The position numbers and the translations under genes are program-made. A model generated the notes under the pieces. It had not been told where the DNA came from. It ran no database searches and saw nothing but the letters and a program-made list of their open reading frames with translations. A DNA stretch of 64,000 nucleotides from assembly GCA_964618265.1 (NCBI GenBank), contig CAZUAE010000002.1, positions 71,520-135,519 on the forward strand, in the 5' to 3' direction. This stretch comes from an uncultured Spirochaetales bacterium. GTDB taxonomy: Bacteria > Spirochaetota > Spirochaetia > CAYLLE01. Shown piece by piece: positions 47,523 to 56,178 of this stretch; positions within the stretch are counted from its first letter, which is position 1; the number at the start of each line of letters is the position of its first letter.

Positions 47523-49508
47523 TTAGTTTTCAGTTAAGAAATGGTTTAAAGCATTGCTGCCAGCGGATGGGATCAGTATACTCGAATGATCTTTCATTAC
47601 CGATACTTCCCGGGGGCTGTCTAAGTTTTCAATACCCATCTCCCTGTTTATGTTTCCCACATATTCAAGCTCATCATTTTGCTTTACCGAAAATATGGCT
47701 ATGCTGTCACTTCCACTTCCAGCGATGTAGAGCTTCGCTTTATCTGATGAAAAATCCATACCTTTCGGACGAAACATACCTTCTATTCCGATGTCTCCGT
47801 TTTTATAATTAGAATGAAATGCAACAGCAGAACCGGTGAGGACATAATAGGATATGGAATTATCATAATATCCCGTAACATAGATCGCCGTAGATTTTTG
47901 ATTTATAATTACATCTGCAGCTCCATTCAATCCATCTACTCCATCAATTTCATCTTTGAAAAAAGTACTAAAGGTTAATTCACCAGAATTGGAATTGACA
48001 TTAAAAATCAACAATGAATCAGAAGAAAAGCAGGTCACTGCCGCAATTGATCCATCCGGGGACAAATGTAGGGAGCTAGGTCCTTCCATACATCCATCAG
48101 GTAACTGGTTTGAATCGATACGCTGAATAGGTTCGATAGAGCTGGAATTTAATCTAAATACAGAAATCGAATTCCCATTTTCATTTGCCACATATAGATG
48201 ATTGTCAAAAATAGCTGCTTCTCGCGGACCGTCAAGCCAAGGCTCCTCTTCATTGCTATAAATTATCTTGTATGTTCCATCGAAGTCTAGTATTCCAATC
48301 GAATCAGATTTATACCCTAAGACCACTACTCCGCCAGAATAGATCTCTAAATCACAAGGACCATATAGATTAGGATCTTTTACATACCCCATATAATTCA
48401 GTTTACAAAATTCATTATCATAACAAAAATGAACTACAGAATCTGAATTATATCCAGCGACAAAGACATCGTTACCCCAAAAGCCTACCGATCGAGCTCC
48501 CGACATGCCTATTATTGATGCTTCGCCATTAGTATAATCTCTATAGAAAGCAATTCCCCCAACCCATTGTCCATCCAATACTGAAAACCAAAGACTCGCG
48601 GAACCTTGAGATAATCCCGATACTCCGTCAACCACTGCATCAAGTCTGTTTATTACCATAAGATTTTTAGTGTCAATTTCGATTTTTATTCCTGTACCTA
48701 TTTTGATTCCATTCATATACCAATCGGTATTTTCTAAATCTCCATTGCCGTTAACTTCATACTCGGCGGTAGTGTCACGAAAAAGAATATCTTTTCCTTC
48801 TATGGAAATCTCTGGAGGAGGCAATGTGTCCACGTTCACTGATATTTCCAAGTCCGTCTTAAAAATTGTATGATCATCGGTAAAATCAAAAACAGCTTCC
48901 GTTGTAAAACCATTAATAATCCTTACTGTTTCTGTTGCACCACACTGTTTTTTATTATTGTCGAATAGTTCTATACTTAGTATATAGTATCCGGAATCAA
49001 CAGGATCTATGTAGCATGAAGCGCCTTCAGTGGATACATTTGGCTCACACTGAATAATTGAGTCTTTACCTTCCAACAATATTGAAACCTCTGGATTAGC
49101 CATAGATAATTCCGGCCACATAACGACAACATTCAACGATCCATTTCCATTAACCGGATACAGATTTATATTAATTTCCGATTCCTGAGACTTATATACA
49201 TTTACACTTTTACTTCCGGAAAGTATTAGATCACCGCTCCTATTAAAACTATCAACTTTTAGTTCCCATGGACCGCATAAAATATCATTAACTTTTATTA
49301 CATAGTTTGATGAATCCACCGTGAAGTTTTTTCCTTCCGGACCTTTACCGGATATTATGAAATCCACAGGTTCCATGGAAACCTCCGGCAAAACAGTTCT
49401 ATTGCCGTCAGATGTCAGATTTAGTTTTATAAGTATTTCACCATACTCGTCTGGAATAGAACAGGATATAAGAAACAAGATAGCTGTCAGGTAAATAAAG
49501 ATTTTCAT
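47523..49508 (-). CDS. Lipoprotein with a C-terminal lactonase-type beta-propeller
   Basis: Lipobox FLISC; repeated blades such as DGVDGLNGAADV..IYVTGYYDNSI and LYIAGSGSDSI. Confidence 0.7.
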   Translation of the reverse strand: MKIFIYLTAILFLISCSIPDEYGEILIKLNLTSDGNRTVLPEVSMEPVDFIISGKGPEGKNFTVDSSNYVIKVNDILCGPWELKVDSFNRSGDLILSGSKSVNVYKSQESEININLYPVNGNGSLNVVVMWPELSMANPEVSILLEGKDSIIQCEPNVSTEGASCYIDPVDSGYYILSIELFDNNKKQCGATETVRIINGFTTEAVFDFTDDHTIFKTDLEISVNVDTLPPPEISIEGKDILFRDTTAEYEVNGNGDLENTDWYMNGIKIGTGIKIEIDTKNLMVINRLDAVVDGVSGLSQGSASLWFSVLDGQWVGGIAFYRDYTNGEASIIGMSGARSVGFWGNDVFVAGYNSDSVVHFCYDNEFCKLNYMGYVKDPNLYGPCDLEIYSGGVVVLGYKSDSIGILDFDGTYKIIYSNEEEPWLDGPREAAIFDNHLYVANENGNSISVFRLNSSSIEPIQRIDSNQLPDGCMEGPSSLHLSPDGSIAAVTCFSSDSLLIFNVNSNSGELTFSTFFKDEIDGVDGLNGAADVIINQKSTAIYVTGYYDNSISYYVLTGSAVAFHSNYKNGDIGIEGMFRPKGMDFSSDKAKLYIAGSGSDSIAIFSVKQNDELEYVGNINREMGIENLDSPREVSVMKDHSSILIPSAGSNALNHFLTEN

Positions 49509-49591
49509 TAAGGGCCTCCTCTATTACTAACAGGAAAAATCATAAGAAAACTTCAAAACTTGCTAAAAAAAAATAAAATATTTATACTTCC

Positions 49592-50404
49592 GTGATGCAC
49601 ATCGATAAAGCTCTTAAGCTCTTAGGCTTATCTTCTAATCCTTCATTACCTAATCTACTTGCTGCATACCGCAAACGTGCAAAAAAATACCACCCAGATC
49701 TTCATCCGAATCAGCAGGAAAAGGCCCACCGTGTCATGGTGCTTTTAAACAATGCCTACAAAATGGTTCTAAAGACATACTGTATAGAGGAACCGTTTCC
49801 GGAAGAAGAAATAGGTATTGAACGGGTACAGGAATCTGAAAAAACGGTATTGACTGAAGAATTTTCGAGGATATTTAATAAGCATTTGCATGTATTATTT
49901 GAAGGCATACTTACGTACTATCAGTATGGTTTGGAAAACGTATACCTTCGTACTGAAGGAACTCGGCGGATAAGGTATAGAAGAGCATTGCAGCAAATGC
50001 ATAAAGGTCTAACGGGCATGCTCAGAACAAAGAACTCAGCAATTTCAAAGGATGATATTGAACTCTATAAAACATTTACCGCTTTCAGTAAAACTTTTTT
50101 TCATATGGCACAATCAAATAAGAAATATGACCCAACTTTAAAAAGAAACGAAGCAAAACCGTATAAACATTACACAAAGGGCAGCAGATTGCTTGATATC
50201 GAATTGAAAAATGAATTTTTCCGTCCCTATTTCAATGACACCAAAGAAACAACGAACACTACTGTGATAAATCATGAGTTAATGACGGTAATTACTAAAT
50301 ATGCTGTGAGCGAATGGGCAGGAGAAGCAGTTATAAAACTGTTTCTCCTGGATCAATATAAACAAGTTCTTCGGCTTTATCGCAAGCATAATGAATATTT
50401 TTAG
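49592..50404 (+). CDS. J-domain (DnaJ-like) protein
   Basis: ALKLLGL..AAYRKRAKKYHPD..LNNAY followed by an unrelated helical C-terminal domain. Confidence 0.85.
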   Translation: MMHIDKALKLLGLSSNPSLPNLLAAYRKRAKKYHPDLHPNQQEKAHRVMVLLNNAYKMVLKTYCIEEPFPEEEIGIERVQESEKTVLTEEFSRIFNKHLHVLFEGILTYYQYGLENVYLRTEGTRRIRYRRALQQMHKGLTGMLRTKNSAISKDDIELYKTFTAFSKTFFHMAQSNKKYDPTLKRNEAKPYKHYTKGSRLLDIELKNEFFRPYFNDTKETTNTTVINHELMTVITKYAVSEWAGEAVIKLFLLDQYKQVLRLYRKHNEYF

Positions 50405-50434
50405 AATAAAAGAAAGAAACCTATTAAATTTAGT

Positions 50435-53056
50435 CTAACCCCTTTTTACTTTCTTCTTTTCTATATTCATCTGAGCAATAGCTAATTTTGCAATAGGTAT
50501 TCCATAGGGAGAACATGAGACATATTGAAGACCGATATTCCGTACAAAGGGAATGTTTTCTGGTTCTGCACCATGTTCACCACAGATACCCATCACGATG
50601 TCGGGCCTAGTCAATCTTCCCCGTTCCGCTGCAATTTTGATCATTTCTTTAACTTGATTCCCTAATACTTTAAAAGGATTATTTTCAAGGATATCAAACT
50701 CATTGTAATCTGTAAAAAATGAATTAAAATCATCCCTGGATAAACCATTTGTAGTTTGGGTAAGATCATTGGTTCCAAAGCTAAAGAATTCCGCATAACT
50801 TGCAATCTTATCAGCCTGGAGTACTGCAGCAGGAAGCTCGATCATGGTTCCCACCTTGTATGCTATCGGATCAGTATCCGCTTTTTCCCGAATCGCTTTC
50901 TCAATAGTTTCTATGCCCGTTATAGCTTTTCCTTCTATTCTTTTTCCATTCCGTACCGTCTTTAGCTCGTTAGCACTCATTATCAGAGGTATCATTATTT
51001 CAGGCTTACAATTAAATCCTTCTTTTTTCAGCTTATAAGCAGCTTCAAACAGCGCAGTGACCTGCATGTTATATATTTCAGGAAAAGAAATTGCAACACG
51101 TACACCGCGGTGTCCCAGCATAGGATTAAATTCTTTTAGCATATCACAACGGAACCTAATTTCTTTCTCCGTTAGTTTTTCATCAACTCCTTTCATGAAT
51201 TTAATGAAATCATCCATGCTATCTTTCGTATGGGGTAGAAATTCATGAAGCGGAGCATCTAGCAATCGTATAGTTACAGGATAATCACCCATTATTTTAA
51301 ATAGTTGATAGAAATCCGAGACCTGCATCTGTTTCAACTTCGCTAATGCCTTTTCACGGTCCTCTAGCTCTTGAGCAATTATCATGGAACGGAAAATATT
51401 AATTCGCTTTTCATTAAAAAACATATGTTCCGTCCGACATAGACCTATACCGGTTGCCTTAAATTTCTTCGCTAATTCAGCATCTTTTGGTTGATCAGCA
51501 TTGGCATGGACATCAAAATCGCCGATAGCCTTTTGGACAATTTCTAAATAGTCAAGTAAACCGCTGCCCTCGGGAGAAGGTTCGATTAATTCTAATTTTT
51601 CGAAATAAATCGCTGGAGGTTCGTAGTATGGTACGTTCAAAGAAACGTAATCCCCTTCTTTTACCGTTTTTCTGCCAATTTTGATGGAATTCTTCTCAAA
51701 TTTTATATTAGGCAATACCAACGCAACTTTGCCTAGACTTCTCGCTACTACCGGAGCATGCGAGGCATAACCACCTTCACTGGTAAGAACACCCTTGGCA
51801 ACCTCAATGGCCTTTACATCTTCCGCGAAAGTTGAAGGCATAACAAGGATAAATCTAGTATCTTCATTCTTCTGGCTTGCGATTTTATAAGCTTTAAGGA
51901 GAGAATCGGTAGAAAAATATACTTTACCCACTGCTGCTCCGACTGCACCCGCAATACCGCCTTCTGCACTCGAAACATTCCCGGTTTTGCTTAAATCGAG
52001 TACCGGATGTAAAATTTCCGCAAGTCTTCCGGGCTGTATGGCATCTATGCAGTACTCATCATCAATAACACCTTTTTTGTGCAAACCCAACAAAGTTTTT
52101 ATTTCTGCTTGAGCAGACTTGTTTGCTACCTGTATTTGATCGATTATCCATAGTTTTTTATTTTCTACGGTAAATCTTATCTGTCGTATTTCCTTAAAGC
52201 GATCCTCCAAATCTGTTGCTAATTTTTTTAGAACCTTCAAAATCGGTTTTTGAATTTCAGTTATCGATTTGCCTTTCGATTGAGTAGCATCGAACTCGTT
52301 CATGAAATAATTACCACTGATTTCATTATCGCCAGTGACTATATTTCGGGTATAGAATGTCCCGAAAAAACTCTCCTCCCCGTAATTACCGAATGTCATA
52401 GTCTGAATTAGCAAGGCGGCATCTTCGCTTGTGGCGTTACTTTCAAAAAACTTATCGAAGAGGGATATAACATAGGCAAGCTGATAATAGGCATCTTCAA
52501 TAATTTCTGAAGGGTAAATATTTTCTAACTCTTGAATTATTTTATCTACATCACTATTTTTCTTTGCGCTTACGAGCTTTTCCTTTATTCCGGATAGTTT
52601 TTTATTTCTTTCTGTATCTTCTGAAGATTTTAATTCTAGTTCAATAATTTTTGCATACACGTTCTTATATTCATGATATGCGAAATCTTCTCCGACAAAT
52701 GTACCGAAACCTTCCAGGGTTTTCCTGCATAAACCAATGTTGTGAATAGATATACTTTTAATAATGTTCAGCAATGGACTTTCCACTACTTTTATGAGAA
52801 GGGGGTTATCAGGATCATTAAATTTTTTATCGGTTATCTCATCCATCCTGTTTATTGGTAAACCCAATGCCTTTTTTATCTGTTCCGGATCTTTACTCAA
52901 CCCACGAACTGCTTCATTCGGCATCATGAAGCCCGGGAGAATCGGTGCATCTACTTTCGCAAGCTCCATTATTCGCTTACCCCGGATTCCTAGAGACTCC
53001 AAAATTTCAGGATTATCAATAAACTCTGTACTGCTAAATGAATAGTAGCTTTCCAT
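50435..53056 (-). CDS. PPDK-like PEP-utilising protein with a degenerate nucleotide-binding domain
   Basis: Intact His domain (GGYASH433AP) and PEP barrel (GLCRTEHMFF, IRLLDAPLHEF, NPMLGHRG, GTNDLTQ, GICGEHG). N-terminal ATP-grasp motifs are altered (LGIRG, IKVVES, QIRFT). Confidence 0.85.
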   Translation of the reverse strand: MESYYSFSSTEFIDNPEILESLGIRGKRIMELAKVDAPILPGFMMPNEAVRGLSKDPEQIKKALGLPINRMDEITDKKFNDPDNPLLIKVVESPLLNIIKSISIHNIGLCRKTLEGFGTFVGEDFAYHEYKNVYAKIIELELKSSEDTERNKKLSGIKEKLVSAKKNSDVDKIIQELENIYPSEIIEDAYYQLAYVISLFDKFFESNATSEDAALLIQTMTFGNYGEESFFGTFYTRNIVTGDNEISGNYFMNEFDATQSKGKSITEIQKPILKVLKKLATDLEDRFKEIRQIRFTVENKKLWIIDQIQVANKSAQAEIKTLLGLHKKGVIDDEYCIDAIQPGRLAEILHPVLDLSKTGNVSSAEGGIAGAVGAAVGKVYFSTDSLLKAYKIASQKNEDTRFILVMPSTFAEDVKAIEVAKGVLTSEGGYASHAPVVARSLGKVALVLPNIKFEKNSIKIGRKTVKEGDYVSLNVPYYEPPAIYFEKLELIEPSPEGSGLLDYLEIVQKAIGDFDVHANADQPKDAELAKKFKATGIGLCRTEHMFFNEKRINIFRSMIIAQELEDREKALAKLKQMQVSDFYQLFKIMGDYPVTIRLLDAPLHEFLPHTKDSMDDFIKFMKGVDEKLTEKEIRFRCDMLKEFNPMLGHRGVRVAISFPEIYNMQVTALFEAAYKLKKEGFNCKPEIMIPLIMSANELKTVRNGKRIEGKAITGIETIEKAIREKADTDPIAYKVGTMIELPAAVLQADKIASYAEFFSFGTNDLTQTTNGLSRDDFNSFFTDYNEFDILENNPFKVLGNQVKEMIKIAAERGRLTRPDIVMGICGEHGAEPENIPFVRNIGLQYVSCSPYGIPIAKLAIAQMNIEKKKVKRG

Positions 53057-53108
53057 TATTACCCCTATAATTAACCTTTGGGAAGAGTGCTTTCATTTTA
53101 CCTTCCCG

Positions 53109-54050
53109 TTAAAATAAATCTAAAATGACATCATGTCCTTGTTTTAGGAAGGCTTCGAACCTTGGACTTGCCCCTTCAAATAGATATCGCTTAAGTTTTG
53201 AAACATCTTTGATATTTTCTCCCGTTACACTAAACAATATAGGTGTTCCATGTTTAACCTTGCCCCACTTAAAGAGAGCATTAATATCATTAATGCGTTC
53301 ATTTTCATACCATATCAAAACATCAAGTCCTGAATATTTTGATTTATAGCTCTCGATTATTTTTTTCCAAGCCTCGACGTTACCGTTATGAAATAGTTCA
53401 TTAGTTACCACCACAGCGTTTTTAGGCGTAATCCGTTTTTTAACAGGAGATACCTTACGGCCTATTTTCTCTGTCTTTGAAACCGGAGTTTCTTTTCTAA
53501 TAACTGTAGTTTTTTGAGCGCTACGCGGAGGGCCCATATATGCCTTCTTTCCACGCACAATTCCGCCACTAAGAAGTTTAATAAAGTCTTCTACTGCTGA
53601 CTGAACCACATTGTCCTCAATATCTTCCGTCATAGGACCGCCATAAACTACTACGAGTTCGTCTTTAACGAGCGGCAGAACACTTTCCCATTGTTCTCTA
53701 ACCACCGGATTTATTACAACGAGTCCCGTTTGAGGATTATTATAAGTCATGACAAAATCAATATTTGTCCAGTCAGCTATTGTATCAACTATTTTTTTAG
53801 CTTCATCAATAGTTTCTTTCAAGTTATAGGACTTATATGCGTACCCATACTTGTCTACTAACATAGCACTTATTATAGACTTGACTTGAAAACGTTGTAT
53901 CTCTCCATTTTCCAATGACTCGTTCATAAGATCAGATATATTATCACCCCGGGTTATATCTGAAATATAGGATGATACGGTACGAAAGTGCCGCAAAGCG
54001 GCGTTAAAGCCGGCTTTGCGGGATAAAAAATTATATTCATTCTCTATCAT
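53109..54050 (-). CDS. Hypothetical protein with a C-terminal HPr-like domain
   Basis: Residues about 205-295 align by eye with HPr: VVVTNELFH221..., NALFKW, GTPILFSVTGEN. Lies 3 nt after the cfpA stop. Confidence 0.6.
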   Translation of the reverse strand: MIENEYNFLSRKAGFNAALRHFRTVSSYISDITRGDNISDLMNESLENGEIQRFQVKSIISAMLVDKYGYAYKSYNLKETIDEAKKIVDTIADWTNIDFVMTYNNPQTGLVVINPVVREQWESVLPLVKDELVVVYGGPMTEDIEDNVVQSAVEDFIKLLSGGIVRGKKAYMGPPRSAQKTTVIRKETPVSKTEKIGRKVSPVKKRITPKNAVVVTNELFHNGNVEAWKKIIESYKSKYSGLDVLIWYENERINDINALFKWGKVKHGTPILFSVTGENIKDVSKLKRYLFEGASPRFEAFLKQGHDVILDLF

Positions 54051-54053
54051 ATT

Positions 54054-56015
54054 TTATAACTCTTGCAAATCGTCTGAGGATTTTCCTTTTTTCCTGGAGG
54101 GGGTTACATCCGCCTTACCTTCAACATCTGATCCCTCAGATTCATTGAAACTACTTTGGGATGCATCAGGAACCTCGGCACGGATATCATCCTCATAAGC
54201 AAAGCTCTGAGAAATATCTTCCCGTACCGTAGAGCGTCTTCTCTTGAAAGAGGCAAACGCCGCATCCTGAAACCCTTTGGATACACCATGGAGGAATTCA
54301 TTAAGCACATTAGCCATAGAATTCAGAGTGTATTTTTTCCTTTTGATGCTGCAAATATCGATATCCAAAATCAGTCCGGGTTGTACATGATATGGATTGA
54401 TCAGGTAATCGAATTGGCCGAATTGCTGTTCCAGAAAATCTATCCGTTTATCCAGGATCACCCGTACTTGAGGATTCTCATAACCATATATCTGGCGGAT
54501 CCTTTCACGGGATCTCCTTAATATCTTCTTATAGAGATCCTTTTCATACAGATAGGTGTTGTTCAGTTTTTCAACATCCGTTTCCTCTGGTTTGAGAAAG
54601 GACATTTCATTCCACGTTTTTTCTTTATCCTCGTAGAGTTCTTCTTCCTTATTTTGCTTAATCTTCTTTGCAATAGTTCCTTTTACTTTTGCGCTAAGAT
54701 CGTCGAAATCATTAACCTTAAAGTTTGATTTGTTAGAAAGATAGACTGCCTCTACAACTTCGTTTACATGGGTTATTTCATTGTGGAATTGGGCGATTTG
54801 CTTATCGTAAGCTTCCTGTTCTCTTTTCAGCTGGGTGGGATCATAATATTTCATTCTCATCTGATATCTTTCATCAGGCAGACGAACTTCATCGGTATCT
54901 TCATACTCACGGACAACAAGTTCCCGGGCGTTTTTCAGATTCTCGATGTACTGGTATCCCATTTTGCTGGTATCGAGGATTGAAGTAAGGGAATTGATAG
55001 CGGTATTGAATCCTCTGTTTCTAATATTTTCCATATCCACTATTTTTTTCAAATTTTCGCGGATATTGAGAGGATCAAATTCGCTCGGGTCTATCTCTGC
55101 TCTTAAACCCTCTATTTTCTCGATAAGATTCTTTGCCAGGAAAGTATACCGTTTTGATTGTTCGTTATCCGCTTCATCATCAGTATATTCCGGAACTCTT
55201 TTCATCTTTTCGAACATGACTTCGCCATCGGAAAGTTCTTCTTTTCCTTCATCAACGAGTTGATCCTGAAACTCTTCTATTTCCCGGTCGATTAAGTTCA
55301 TTATCGTATTTGCTATTTGATCCTTTATGATGTATTCCACAGTGCTTTGATATTGAAATATAGGACTAATCAACTCAGAATCAAGGATGTTTACAGATAA
55401 TTTCACATCAGTAACAGTTTTAGGTTTTGTTGCATTATCCTTGAAGGCACACTTTACAATTGAATAGGCATTTTCACCTCTAATGAAAGCGCCTACATCG
55501 GCTTTTTGCCGTAATAATGCATTTGTATCATTTTCCAAATCATTAAGACCACGCTGGACATGACCTTGAAGGTGTCCATACATGTTTACGATGGACTTCT
55601 CTATTTCTCCCGTGTTGAATTTATCGGCACCGCCGATTGAGTCCAACATTTCGGAAATCTCTTTCGGTGTGTATCTCGACAGGACTTTTGTTTCTTCTTT
55701 GTCCATGTAGTTCCGGATCTTCTTAACCATCTCGTCTTCTGTGGTTACGATATACCGGTTAAACATGTTCTGATAGTTCTGATTGAAATAGTTATAAAGC
55801 TTCTCCTTGAGACCGCCCATAACATCCAATTTTTCTAATACCTCTTCGGGCAGTTTCACCATGATATCTTTAAGCATCTTATCTGTTTCTTCATTGATAA
55901 GCTGTTTATACTCTTCTTTCTGGCTTCTACCCTCTTGAGCGAGACTGTTTCTCGAACCGACTGCCGAAGGCTTTGTCGGATGGAAAACATTTGGACTTCT
56001 TGGAAGATCTGACAT
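54054..56015 (-). CDS. cfpA: Cytoplasmic filament protein A
   Basis: [52 protein letters not shown] and NPYHVQPG match the spirochaete CfpA family as I recall it. Confidence 0.88.
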   Translation of the reverse strand: MSDLPRSPNVFHPTKPSAVGSRNSLAQEGRSQKEEYKQLINEETDKMLKDIMVKLPEEVLEKLDVMGGLKEKLYNYFNQNYQNMFNRYIVTTEDEMVKKIRNYMDKEETKVLSRYTPKEISEMLDSIGGADKFNTGEIEKSIVNMYGHLQGHVQRGLNDLENDTNALLRQKADVGAFIRGENAYSIVKCAFKDNATKPKTVTDVKLSVNILDSELISPIFQYQSTVEYIIKDQIANTIMNLIDREIEEFQDQLVDEGKEELSDGEVMFEKMKRVPEYTDDEADNEQSKRYTFLAKNLIEKIEGLRAEIDPSEFDPLNIRENLKKIVDMENIRNRGFNTAINSLTSILDTSKMGYQYIENLKNARELVVREYEDTDEVRLPDERYQMRMKYYDPTQLKREQEAYDKQIAQFHNEITHVNEVVEAVYLSNKSNFKVNDFDDLSAKVKGTIAKKIKQNKEEELYEDKEKTWNEMSFLKPEETDVEKLNNTYLYEKDLYKKILRRSRERIRQIYGYENPQVRVILDKRIDFLEQQFGQFDYLINPYHVQPGLILDIDICSIKRKKYTLNSMANVLNEFLHGVSKGFQDAAFASFKRRRSTVREDISQSFAYEDDIRAEVPDASQSSFNESEGSDVEGKADVTPSRKKGKSSDDLQEL

Positions 56016-56178
56016 ACCAAACTCCTTTTAACGATTATTCGTTGTAATTAACACGTTTTCTCAATTAATAAACATATCACATTTTTTTCTTTATGCAAGC
56101 AAATACTTTTAAAGAAAACAACTTTTTTTATTACCTGCATATAATCAACCCGTTTCTTTCGGCAAATACCTCCTCCTC

